Positions 11,338-20,766 of a stretch of 64,000 nt of DNA are shown piece by piece. This DNA is from an uncultured Rivularia sp. (GTDB taxonomy: Bacteria; Cyanobacteriota; Cyanobacteriia; Cyanobacteriales; Nostocaceae), in contig OY762007.1 of NCBI GenBank assembly GCA_963665115.1, positions 1,280,001 through 1,344,000 of the forward strand, written 5' to 3'. The notes beneath the pieces were generated by a model. That model saw only the letters and a program-made list of their open reading frames with translations, ran no database searches and was not told the DNA's origin. Within the stretch, counting starts at the first letter, position 1. Each line of letters begins with the position of its first letter. The position numbers and the translations under genes are program-made.

Positions 11338-13578
11338 ATGCAGAGCCTGTTAAAAAAGAAAATCTGGCAATGGCGTAATGTCTTAATTACTGCTCCGAGT
11401 GCTACAGCTATTGTTCTGTTGCTACGTTTCAGTGGACTGCTACAGATGCTGGAATTAGCTGCATTTGACCAATTATTTATACGGCGTTTGTCAGAAAAGC
11501 CGGATGAACGAATTGTAATTGTAGATATTGATGAGAAAACTGTAACTAAGTTAGGCTACCCAATTGCAGATAAAAAGCTAGCTCAAATTTTAGAGAATAT
11601 AAAGCAGCACAAACCACGGGCAATTGGGCTTGATATTTACCGGGATATACCAGTCGGTGAAGGTTATGATTCTCTAGTCAAAATATTTGAATCTACACCA
11701 AACTTAGTAGGAGTACAGAAAGTAGTTGAAAGTGCAGATAGTTCTGCTGTCAATCCACCACCAGCATTAAAAAAACTAGATCGAGTAGGAGCAAATGACT
11801 TAGCGATTGATGGAGATGGTAAAATTCGTCGCAGCTTTTTCTATTTGTCAGATAAAAAAGGTAATAGTGTATTCAGCTTTTCATTTAAACTTGCTTATCT
11901 TTACCTTGAAGACATGAAAATTAAAGTAGAACAGTTAGAGAATGATTCGATCAAAGTTGGTAAAGTTATATTCAAACCTTTCGCTAGTAATGATGGTGGT
12001 TATGTTCGCGTCTCAGACAAAGGTTTTCAGGTTCTAATAAATTACCGTGGAGATATAAAAAAGTTTCAGAGGGTATCTATATTAGATGTTTTAGAGAATC
12101 GAGTTGATGAAAAGCTGATACGCGGACGCATTGTACTTGTAGGTTCAACAACATCAAGCCTCAAAGATATATTTTATACACCTTATAGCAGTACTCTTTT
12201 CAGAATTCCCAGACGCATGGCTGGAGTCACGATTCATGCTAATGCTATCAGTCAAATATTAAATGCCGAATTAGAAAATCGTCCGGTAATTAAAACTTGG
12301 AATTGGCTATTTGGATTTGTGTGGATTTATATTTGGTCTTTACTGGGAGCTACATTAATATGGCTGCTTAGGTCAAGTAAGCTAAAGATAATACCTCCAT
12401 TTAGTCTTTTTTTGGCTGGCTCTTGTCTAGTTAGTATTAGTTACCTTGCTTTTATTTACGGTTGGTGGATTCCACTTGTACCGCCAATGTTTGGATTGGT
12501 AGGCTCTGCGGTTGGTGTAACGGCTTATTTAGCTCAAAATGCTAGTAGGATTCGTAAAACCTTTGGACGCTATCTCAATGATGAAGTTGTTGCTAATTTA
12601 CTCGAAAGTCCCGAAGGTCTTAAGTTAGGTGGTCAGCGTCGGAATATAACAATTTTTACTTCAGATTTGCGAGGTTTTACTGCCACTTCGGAACGATTAC
12701 CCGCTGAAGAAGTAATCAAAATCATTAATTTGTACCTGAGATATATGGCAGATGTAATAACCGAATATCACGGAACCATTGATGAGTTTATGGGAGACGG
12801 TATTCTGGTACTTTTCGGCGCACCTACAGCCAGAGAAGACGATGCTACCAGAGCAATCGCTTGTGCTGTAGCGATGCAGCAAGCAATGGAACCAGTCAAT
12901 CAGAAAATCAAAGAAATGGGATTACCTAAATTAGAAATGGGTATCGGTATAAATACTGGGGAAGTCGTAGTAGGAAATATTGGTTCGGAGAAACGGACTA
13001 AGTATGGAATTGTCGGCAAGCAAGTTAATTTAACTTATCGGATTGAATCCTATACAGTTGGGGGACAAATTTTCATTTCTGAATCCACTTTAAAACAAGC
13101 CGACCCAATTGTAAAAATTATCGGAGAGCGGGAAGTCAAACCAAAAGGAGTTCAGAACCCAATAACTATTTATGAAGTGGGTGGAATTGCTGGGGATTAC
13201 AATCTTTATTTGAAGCAAGAAGAAGAAGTATTTTTTACCTTATCACAACCGATCGTATTTGAATATGCGGTTTTAGATGGCAAAGATATTAGTAATACTC
13301 TTCAAGTGGCGAAATTAGTTAAGCTTTCAGAAAATGCCGCAGAAGTTTATATAGATTCCAGTACAGATGAAATTATTTCCATTCCCCAGGCATTAACAAA
13401 TATGAAAATGAATCTATTGATATCTATAAATGAAGCAGAAAAAAGTGGTGACATCTATGCTAAAGTCTTAGAAAAACCAGCAGCAACAACAAATAGTTTT
13501 TACATCCGTTTCACTAATAAACCACCCGAAGTCGAAGCATATTTTGATTTAATGTATAAGTCGATGAAAAAAGCTTAA
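11338..13578 (+). CDS. CHASE2 sensor + TM helices + class III nucleotidyl cyclase (Cya2-like, probable guanylyl cyclase)
   Basis: CHASE2 motifs IVIVDIDE, AIGLDIYRD, GVTIHAN; cyclase motifs FTSDLRGFT, DEFMGDG, GIGINTG, VNLTYRIE; ATG 11338 preferred over TTG 11260. Confidence 0.88.
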   Translation: MQSLLKKKIWQWRNVLITAPSATAIVLLLRFSGLLQMLELAAFDQLFIRRLSEKPDERIVIVDIDEKTVTKLGYPIADKKLAQILENIKQHKPRAIGLDIYRDIPVGEGYDSLVKIFESTPNLVGVQKVVESADSSAVNPPPALKKLDRVGANDLAIDGDGKIRRSFFYLSDKKGNSVFSFSFKLAYLYLEDMKIKVEQLENDSIKVGKVIFKPFASNDGGYVRVSDKGFQVLINYRGDIKKFQRVSILDVLENRVDEKLIRGRIVLVGSTTSSLKDIFYTPYSSTLFRIPRRMAGVTIHANAISQILNAELENRPVIKTWNWLFGFVWIYIWSLLGATLIWLLRSSKLKIIPPFSLFLAGSCLVSISYLAFIYGWWIPLVPPMFGLVGSAVGVTAYLAQNASRIRKTFGRYLNDEVVANLLESPEGLKLGGQRRNITIFTSDLRGFTATSERLPAEEVIKIINLYLRYMADVITEYHGTIDEFMGDGILVLFGAPTAREDDATRAIACAVAMQQAMEPVNQKIKEMGLPKLEMGIGINTGEVVVGNIGSEKRTKYGIVGKQVNLTYRIESYTVGGQIFISESTLKQADPIVKIIGEREVKPKGVQNPITIYEVGGIAGDYNLYLKQEEEVFFTLSQPIVFEYAVLDGKDISNTLQVAKLVKLSENAAEVYIDSSTDEIISIPQALTNMKMNLLISINEAEKSGDIYAKVLEKPAATTNSFYIRFTNKPPEVEAYFDLMYKSMKKA

Positions 13579-13834
13579 ATATAGAAAATGGGGCATGGAT
13601 CAAAACAATTCAAAATTATCAATTAAAAAAACGGTCATGCCGCATAGGGCATGGGAAATATAAAATTGCTAATCGAAATAGTGACACGAATTCTAAACAA
13701 TATCTGTTGATTTACTTATAATTGCTATTATCTTGAACAAAATTATCTATAAAAGCTAGGAGAAAGTACTGCAATATAATTACAGTTTTAAAGTATTGTT
13801 TAAGTACTCTTCTAACCCAACCTACAGAAAAAAT

Positions 13835-13865
13835 AAAAAAAAAGGGATGCTCATCACAACCCTTT
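13835..13865 (-). terminator. Intrinsic terminator downstream of globin gene
   Basis: Minus strand AAAGGGTTG-TGATGAG-CATCCCTTT followed by T-run. Confidence 0.65.
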
Positions 13866-13981
13866 GATAAAGATAAAAATCACCATCTACCTAATCTAAT
13901 TTTTTGAGTTACCACACTCCATAATTTTATTTACCGCGATAAAACGGCTTCTTTTCGTGTCTAACCCAACCGACAAAATAC

Positions 13982-14338
13982 TTACTTGTTCAAGATAGAG
14001 CCTTTCAATTTTTCAACTGCTTCCATTGCTGCTTTTGCGTCGTCAGCAGATACTCCAGAACTAGTCATCGAATTACTTAAATGCTTGGTAATCGCATCAA
14101 AATGTGGCTGTTGTAAACCCATTCCGGTGTGTGTTTTGTCCATGCTACGTCCTTTATAGTCTTTGGGACCACCAAGGATTAGAGAAAAGAAACCAATTTG
14201 ATGGTCGCGTTGCTTTTTCATGTCAGTATTGGCAAAAAAGCCACTGACGGTGCTATCTGCCATGATGCGGTTATGAAAATCATCGACCACTTTTTCAATG
14301 GTAGGTTGTCCGCCGATTTTTTCGTATAATGTACTCAT
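13982..14338 (-). CDS. glbN: Group 1 truncated hemoglobin (cyanoglobin)
   Basis: 118 aa; TLYEKIGG, VVDDF, FFANTDM, LGGP..Y.GRSM...H proximal His. Confidence 0.88.
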   Translation of the reverse strand: MSTLYEKIGGQPTIEKVVDDFHNRIMADSTVSGFFANTDMKKQRDHQIGFFSLILGGPKDYKGRSMDKTHTGMGLQQPHFDAITKHLSNSMTSSGVSADDAKAAMEAVEKLKGSILNK

Positions 14339-14865
14339 TTCCTGTTCCTTTGAAGCGAATATGTACAGTGTTGAAGTACTAAACTAAACCTCTACTTAGT
14401 AATATTAGAATTTCGACTCTATGACTAAAGTTTTGATTCAATGAATCACTACTTTGAGTTGCTATTGAGATTAGAAATTCCCAGTCGCTAAGTTAAAGCT
14501 TAGTAGTTTTTACTAGATTTAATTTGTCGATTACTGCATATTTTGGAGTTTTACAGTATCGTATTCCCAGATAATTACCAAGGACTTTTCTTTGCAAAAT
14601 TCTTGGGTTTTATGCTGACCTAATTACCCTATCGCATCATCGAAATATTGACGACAGTAAGGCTGTGGTGTTCATTTTATCGGTATACGTATTTTGCTAT
14701 AGTTCGAGTCAGCAAAAGCATTGATTTGCAAGCGAATAGTGCATTCTGCAAGCAAAATAGTTTCAATAAAAGTTAAACTTAATTTAATATTTGGAATTTT
14801 AAATCAACAAAACAAAGTTTGTCAGTCACAAATAAGAACTAGTATATTGTTAGTATTCCTTCCCC

Positions 14866-14899
14866 AAAATAAAAAAGGGCTGCTCATCACAACCCTTTT
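14866..14899 (-). terminator. Intrinsic terminator downstream of DUF4870 gene
   Basis: Minus strand AAAAGGGTTG-TGATGAG-CAGCCCTTTTTT; near-identical to 13835-13865. Confidence 0.7.
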
Positions 14900-14915
14900 C
14901 AAAAAAACCTTCTGA

Positions 14916-15308
14916 TTAAGTTGAAGCGATTAAAACAATCGAAAAATAAACGGATAACGGAAACGGCTCATCTGGATTGCCAAAACAGTGCAATAAAGCC
15001 ATAATCGTCAATCCCCAATGCAGTAGAAAACCAAACGCAACTACTGGGAAAAATATAATTCCACCAATACCAAAAGTTAGGAAAGATAAAATCCCGATTG
15101 GTACTCCAATTAGAGTTGCCCAAAACCAAACATTAAGGTGAAAATTAATTGATTCTTTGGCACTACCTTTAACAACTGGATCGTCGGAAGTAAAATAAAT
15201 GGCAATTGGAACGCCGATAGAAAATATTGTTGTACTAAAGAAAATCGCCCCATGACACAAACTAGATAGCAGTTTACGCTTATCAGAATTAAATGTACCT
15301 TCTTGCAT
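14916..15308 (-). CDS. DUF4870 family membrane protein (frameshift near 3' end)
   Basis: LCH...P...VK..AKESINFHLN motif; removing one base at 14959-14963 restores the typical end PFRYPFIFRLF with stop at 14930. Confidence 0.8.
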   Translation of the reverse strand: MQEGTFNSDKRKLLSSLCHGAIFFSTTIFSIGVPIAIYFTSDDPVVKGSAKESINFHLNVWFWATLIGVPIGILSFLTFGIGGIIFFPVVAFGFLLHWGLTIMALLHCFGNPDEPFPLSVYFSIVLIAST

Positions 15309-15625
15309 CTGTTGGGTTCCTTAACTTGTAATATATTTAAATTCTAACGTTTATATTATCAGATTCGTATTGAAGTTTACCGTAAATCAGCCATTCTTCC
15401 CGATTCTCTTTATTTAATTAGGCTTTTAACAACTATTTAAGAGCAGTTTATGAGGTTTACCGAACCTTATAGCGGTTAAATCCACCAATAATAAGTGGGA
15501 TGGGCTTTGCTGGCACGTCTTAATTCATTCGATAATGTTGCATACTGATATTGGCTTAGTGGTTATAGGCATATATATTTATATAAAACTAGCACTGGTT
15601 ATAAATTAAACATCAGGTAATTATT

Positions 15626-16759
15626 TTGAACGCTAATACAGACACAGTTTTGAATAACCATTATGAAATTGCCAGTCGATTTGAAATACCGGGCAAAGTT
15701 ATCAAAGTTGAAGCATTTGGGCATGGCAACATCAACGGCACTTTTCTTGTTACCTTGGATTCTACAGAAGAAAAGCATTTCATTTTACAAAGCATCAATC
15801 AAAGCGTGTTTCACAAACCCGAATTGGTAATGCGGAATATAAGTACTTTTACCAATCATGCCCATCAACGTTTGCAAGATTCTCCCCTTACCTCGAATCG
15901 CCGTTGGGAAGTACCAAAAGTATTGTTAACTCAAAATAATCAAGACCATTTTATTGATACTGACAATTCATTCTGGCGGGCAATTGGTTTTATTGATAAC
16001 GCTGAAACTTTTGACACTATTATAGATAACAAACACGCGAGTGAAGTTGGTTATGCTCTGGGAATGTTTCATAATCTGATCGGCGATTTACCTGTAGATA
16101 AATTAGCTGATACTCTACCGGGATTTCACGTTACACCGATTTATTTAGAGCAATACGAAAATGTAGAAACGCAATATAATAAGTCCTTAAAATCTCCCGA
16201 AGTTGAATATTGCTTGCAATTTATTGATAACCGTAAAACTTGGGCCAGCATCTTAGAAAATGCTCAAATGCAAGAACGTCTGTGTTTGCGTCCCATCCAC
16301 GGCGATCCGAAAGTAAATAACGTAATGATTGACACCCGCAATGGAAAAGCTATCAGTATTATTGATTTAGATACCGTTAAACCGGGATTAGTGCATTACG
16401 ATATTGGAGATTGTTTGCGCTCTGGTTGTAATCCTTTAGGAGAAGAAACCGAATATTGGCAGACGGTAACTTTCAATACTGATATTTGCGAGTCACTTTT
16501 GGGCAGTTATCTTTCAGTAGCAAAAGAATTTCTTACTGAAAGCGACTATATATATATGTATGATGCGATTCGTTTGATTGCTTTTGAATTAGGGTTGCGG
16601 TTTTTTACAGATTATTTGGCGGGTAATGTTTACTTTAAAGTTAAATATCCAGAACACAATCTTTCTAGGGCTTTAGTACAGTTTAAGCTGACTGAAAGTA
16701 TTGAAATGCAAGAAAGTGCGATTCGGAAAATTATCTCAAGTTTTAGTAATAGAAAATGA
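15626..16759 (+). CDS. APH-family phosphotransferase (N-acetylhexosamine 1-kinase-like)
   Basis: G.GNIN.TF, HGDPKVNN, IDLDT, DIGDCLRS motifs. Confidence 0.8.
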   Translation: MNANTDTVLNNHYEIASRFEIPGKVIKVEAFGHGNINGTFLVTLDSTEEKHFILQSINQSVFHKPELVMRNISTFTNHAHQRLQDSPLTSNRRWEVPKVLLTQNNQDHFIDTDNSFWRAIGFIDNAETFDTIIDNKHASEVGYALGMFHNLIGDLPVDKLADTLPGFHVTPIYLEQYENVETQYNKSLKSPEVEYCLQFIDNRKTWASILENAQMQERLCLRPIHGDPKVNNVMIDTRNGKAISIIDLDTVKPGLVHYDIGDCLRSGCNPLGEETEYWQTVTFNTDICESLLGSYLSVAKEFLTESDYIYMYDAIRLIAFELGLRFFTDYLAGNVYFKVKYPEHNLSRALVQFKLTESIEMQESAIRKIISSFSNRK

Positions 16760-17295
16760 ATAAAATGAAAAAACATACTTTTTCCCTACAACCATTTCAA
16801 CAGACAAAAACTGATTTGCAAATTACAGGTGAAATCATTCGAGATAATAATATATTAACTGTTCATTATCGGCTCAAAGGCGATTTAGGAGAAATTGAAA
16901 TACCGACTGTAGAAAAACTTCCAATGCGTAAAAATGAGTTATGGGAAACAAGTTGCTTTGAACTTTTTTTAGGAATCAAAGATACTCCTATTTATTGGGA
17001 ATTCAACCTTTCGCCAAGTGGAGATTGGAATATATATTTTTTTGAGAGCTACCGACAATCAATGCAGTTAGAGAATAAAGTTGAATCTCTTCCATTTAAT
17101 ATTTTGCGCGATTCTAATGCTTTGTATTTAGGATTGGAATTTAATCTAGACTGCTTATCTATAGTAGAAAACCTTGATGTTTCTATTACTACTGTAATTA
17201 AAAGCAAAGAAGGTGATATTAGTTACTGGGCGCTGAAACATTGTGGGGAAGAAGCAGATTTTCATTTGAGGGATAGTTTTTTGTTAGATATCTAA
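16756..17295 (+). CDS. DOMON-like domain protein
   Basis: ELWETSCFELFL, YWEFNLSPSGDW, YWALKH...ADFH motifs; overlaps upstream stop. Confidence 0.75.
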   Translation: MNKMKKHTFSLQPFQQTKTDLQITGEIIRDNNILTVHYRLKGDLGEIEIPTVEKLPMRKNELWETSCFELFLGIKDTPIYWEFNLSPSGDWNIYFFESYRQSMQLENKVESLPFNILRDSNALYLGLEFNLDCLSIVENLDVSITTVIKSKEGDISYWALKHCGEEADFHLRDSFLLDI

Positions 17296-17298
17296 CAA

Positions 17299-18270
17299 TC
17301 AACCACCAAACATTCTATCAATATCATCCCCTACTGAAGCACCGTGACGTGAGTTAACCCGCAAGGATGTTTGATTTGCAGACAAATTGTAAGTTAAAGG
17401 TTGAGTTTGAAATAAATTTTCTTTTCCTTCCTCTATCAAACTTTCAACCGGATACTTTGTCATTACAGTTTTGATTGCTACAACTCTTTCTTTAATAGTG
17501 GGATGGTTTTGATCAAATTTAACTCCCGCAGTACGATTGAGTACCGCCATTGCACGCAAACATCCTTGTCGATCGAAACCTGCTTTGACAGAAGCAAGAT
17601 AAGCAATTTTATCGGCTTCAAATTCATTTTCTCGGTTTTGTTTTTCGATGTTTTCTTGTAATCCTGCCGTCTTTTTCTCTACTATTGCGTTGATACGTCT
17701 TTGCTGTTTCCTAAATCTTCTGCTGCTTCGATTATCTAAAACACCGTTAACAACAGTACCAATAGTTCCTCCAATTACCCGTCTGACAACAAAATCACCG
17801 ACTGCTGCAACTGGAGAGGTTTTTCTTTTTCTATTTAAAACTTGTGCTATTGCTTCTTCTCTAAATTGAGCAACCTTATCTGCTTTTTCTACGTTGCTTA
17901 TAACTTGATGCCGTTGCTTATGGTGTGCCATTTCATGACTAATCATACAGGCTAGAGCCGAAGCATCACCACCTAATTGTTCCAACGCACCATTGTAGAT
18001 AGGTATCAAATTGGCATTCCTTGCAAAGGCATGAGTATCATATTTAGCAATGCGAACAACCTGCCAAGGACGGGTATCGTATTCATTCGCACGCGCTAAT
18101 CTATCAACTATACGGTAAAGCGCGTAAAAGTCTGGGGGCAATTGTGTTTTAGCGTTTTGGTAAATAGATTTACTATCAGAAGTCGCTTCTGCTTTGGCGA
18201 TAAGGTTAGCTGGGAATAGTAGGCATAAGCAAGCTAAAGTAGCTGGTAACTTAGTTTTTAATATACTCAT
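17299..18270 (-). CDS. M48 family metallopeptidase, exported
   Basis: Signal peptide, SHEMAH (HExxH), E.EAD, HP...ER motifs. Confidence 0.85.
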   Translation of the reverse strand: MSILKTKLPATLACLCLLFPANLIAKAEATSDSKSIYQNAKTQLPPDFYALYRIVDRLARANEYDTRPWQVVRIAKYDTHAFARNANLIPIYNGALEQLGGDASALACMISHEMAHHKQRHQVISNVEKADKVAQFREEAIAQVLNRKRKTSPVAAVGDFVVRRVIGGTIGTVVNGVLDNRSSRRFRKQQRRINAIVEKKTAGLQENIEKQNRENEFEADKIAYLASVKAGFDRQGCLRAMAVLNRTAGVKFDQNHPTIKERVVAIKTVMTKYPVESLIEEGKENLFQTQPLTYNLSANQTSLRVNSRHGASVGDDIDRMFGG

Positions 18271-18377
18271 TGATACTATGTAAGTTTTTAATAGACGTTA
18301 TCTTTATAGCTTTATTTTATTGAAATAATTACAGTAAATGTGTACGTGTAATTACTTAAAAGATACATTAGAATTAT

Positions 18378-18645
18378 TTGTTGCGGGAGAATTTTGCTCG
18401 CTTGTTATTAGCAGGGAGCGAGATTTTCTTTTAAGCAGGGAGCGAGATTTTCTTTTAAGCAGGGAGCGAGATTTTCTTTTAAGCAGGGAGCGAGATTTTT
18501 TTTAAGCAGGGAGCGAGATTTTTTTTAAGCAGGGAGCGAGATTTTTTTTAAGCAGGGAGCGAGATTTTTTTTAAGCAGGGAGCGAGATTTTTTTTAAGCA
18601 GGGAGCGAGATTTTTTTTAAGCAGGGAGCGAGACGCTCCCACTAC
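18378..18645. repeat. 23-24 bp tandem array inside an SDR-like element
   Basis: 10 copies of GCAGGGAGCGAGA at 18411, 18435, 18459, 18483, 18506, 18529, 18552, 18575, 18598, 18621 separated by TTTT(C)TTTTAA; last copy completes hairpin GGGAGCGAGACGCTCCC-ACTAC. Confidence 0.95.
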
Positions 18646-18671
18646 TAAGAATTTTAGACAAAACCGAGAGG

Positions 18672-19280
18672 GTGTTAATCTACGATAAAATTCTTCGTAA
18701 ACTCAACACATCATTCCAATGCCTAAATTGCCCCCAAAAGACTACATTCAAACCGTTTCCTTTTCCCACCGAGATTAATTTGCAACCCATCGGAGTAGTG
18801 CGATCGCCATACAAGGAAAGACATGGAACCCCCAGACAGTCGCAACTCCAAGCCGCACCGTCAACTTATCAACCTGCGATCGCACAAATCGAACTTTTCG
18901 ACAGCATACCGAAAGAAGCACTCAAAGATATGGAAGGCTTCGAGCGGATTTGGGTAATTGCATGGTTGCACTTAAATAAACATTGGAATCCTACCGTAAT
19001 TATTCCACGCGGCCCGCGCATTCGCCGAGGTACTTTAGCAACTCGTGCCCCCCATCGCCCCAACCCTATTGGGCTTAGCGCACCTAAATTAATAAAAATA
19101 GAAGGCTTAGTTTTATATGTAGAAGGAATTGATTTACTCGATAACACCCCAGTATTAGATATTAAACCTTATGTTAATTATTGCGATGCTTTCCCCAATG
19201 CAAAATGCGGTTATGTTGATGAAATAGAAGACGCTTCCCAACATGAAACAGATGTGTTTGGAAAAACAAACCCGAAGTAG
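18672..19280 (+). CDS. trmO: tRNA m6t6A37 methyltransferase (TrmO/TsaA family)
   Basis: PIGVVRSPY, ATRAPHRPNPIGLS, GIDLLDNTPVLDIKPY. Confidence 0.88.
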   Translation: MLIYDKILRKLNTSFQCLNCPQKTTFKPFPFPTEINLQPIGVVRSPYKERHGTPRQSQLQAAPSTYQPAIAQIELFDSIPKEALKDMEGFERIWVIAWLHLNKHWNPTVIIPRGPRIRRGTLATRAPHRPNPIGLSAPKLIKIEGLVLYVEGIDLLDNTPVLDIKPYVNYCDAFPNAKCGYVDEIEDASQHETDVFGKTNPK

Positions 19281-19379
19281 ATTTTAGATTTTGGATTTTG
19301 GATTTAAAAAGTTTAGGATTACTTAACACATAAATCAAAAACTCTGCGTTCCTTTGTATTTCAAAAATATTATCCTAAA

Positions 19380-20456
19380 TCAATTCGACAAACGCCATAC
19401 CTTAATCGATTTATTGCCACTACTGCTAACAATAATTTTCCCATCTTGACTAAAAGCAATAGCATTAACTCCCCCTTGTTTAGCAGAAAGAGTACGCAAC
19501 TTTTTCCCCGTCTCTATATCCCACAAAGTAATCTCATATGCATAACCACCGCTAGCAAAAGTTTTACCATCCGGGCTAATAGCTACAGTATCAACAGCAC
19601 CAATACCAACCGAGAAATTATGAACTAATTTACCCGTTTCCAGATTCCATACTTTAATATTCTTCCCATCAGTTTCTTTAATTGATTGATGGCTATCGTC
19701 ATAACCGCTGTTGACAAGAGTTTTACCGTCATTACTAACAGCGAGAGACGAAACAGCAGATGCTTTTTGAAAGTCTGAATAAGGATCTTCTGGCTTTGGT
19801 GGCGTTAAAGTTTTTAGCAGCTTTCCTGTAGAAGAATCAAATAACTGAATCGTACCGTCGTTATTACCGCTAAATAACGTTTTCCCATCCGCACTCATTG
19901 CTAAAGAAACAGTTTCAGCTTTTAAAGTGCGTTGTAATTCTCCAGTTTTCAGATTCCAAAATTTAATAGTTTTATCTGCATTTGCACTAATTAAATTTTC
20001 TCCATCAGGACTAATTGCTATTGATGTCACTGCGGCTTTACTTTTATCTAAAGTACGCAGTAATTCTCCAGTTTTCAAATTCCAATTTTTGACTGTATTA
20101 TCATTACTAGCACTGGCTAATGTTTGTCCGTCGGGAGTAATTGCCACAGATGTTACTGCTTCTTTGTGCCCTTCTAAAGTTTTAATTAATTTACCAGTTT
20201 TCAAATTCCATAATTTGACTGTATTATCATAACTTCCGCTAACTAAAGTTTCTCCGTTGGGAGTAATTGCTATTGCTTGAACAGATTCAGAATGTCCTGA
20301 TAAAGTAAAAATTACTTGGTTAACTGGCTGTTGTTTGCTAACAGGTTTTGGAAAAGATTCTGCTTTTGTTGAAGATGGGCGATTTGTGCAAGCAATATTG
20401 AATGTACTTAAAGCAATTATTGTTAGTATTTTTAAGTATTTAAATTTTACTTTCAT
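19380..20456 (-). CDS. WD40 repeat lipoprotein
   Basis: Lipobox NIAC; about 7 GH...V.AIAI.PDG..L.S.S.D.TVKLW repeats. Confidence 0.9.
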   Translation of the reverse strand: MKVKFKYLKILTIIALSTFNIACTNRPSSTKAESFPKPVSKQQPVNQVIFTLSGHSESVQAIAITPNGETLVSGSYDNTVKLWNLKTGKLIKTLEGHKEAVTSVAITPDGQTLASASNDNTVKNWNLKTGELLRTLDKSKAAVTSIAISPDGENLISANADKTIKFWNLKTGELQRTLKAETVSLAMSADGKTLFSGNNDGTIQLFDSSTGKLLKTLTPPKPEDPYSDFQKASAVSSLAVSNDGKTLVNSGYDDSHQSIKETDGKNIKVWNLETGKLVHNFSVGIGAVDTVAISPDGKTFASGGYAYEITLWDIETGKKLRTLSAKQGGVNAIAFSQDGKIIVSSSGNKSIKVWRLSN

Positions 20457-20537
20457 TATTTAAAGAAAGAATATTTATAGATATATTGACTTTTTTGAAT
20501 TATATTCGGTTCCATTGCTGCATTTTATTCAAGAATC

Positions 20538-20684
20538 GCCCTCACCCTCGAAGGGTGGGGCTACCCAAACAAAGCCCACCTGCGTGGGCTAACAATTCTC
20601 TTCTTGTAGCCCACGCAGGTGGGCTTCGTAGTATTAGCCCCAGGCTTACAGCCTGCGGGCTTTTTGCGAAATTGAGATGCTCCC
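20538..20684. mobile_element. MITE family D copy (one end degenerate) carrying REP-like doublet
   Basis: Reverse-complement similarity to 52010-52192; ends GCGAAATTGAGATGCTCCC; AGCCCACCTGCGTGGGCT palindromes. Confidence 0.7.
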
Positions 20685-20766
20685 ATAATCCAAAATCCCT
20701 ATACTTGTTTATTACTCCCAGCAAAGGGATAATTACTCCATTGATTTTGATTCATGGATAGAAACA

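Noticed and set aside
18410..18645. Possible CRISPR array
   Set aside because: Units are directly tandem with invariant T-tract linkers, no unique spacers and no cas genes
20486..20761. Short ORFs on both strands
   Set aside because: They run through a MITE/REP element; the same applies to 27542-27836, 38901-39164 and 52185-52406
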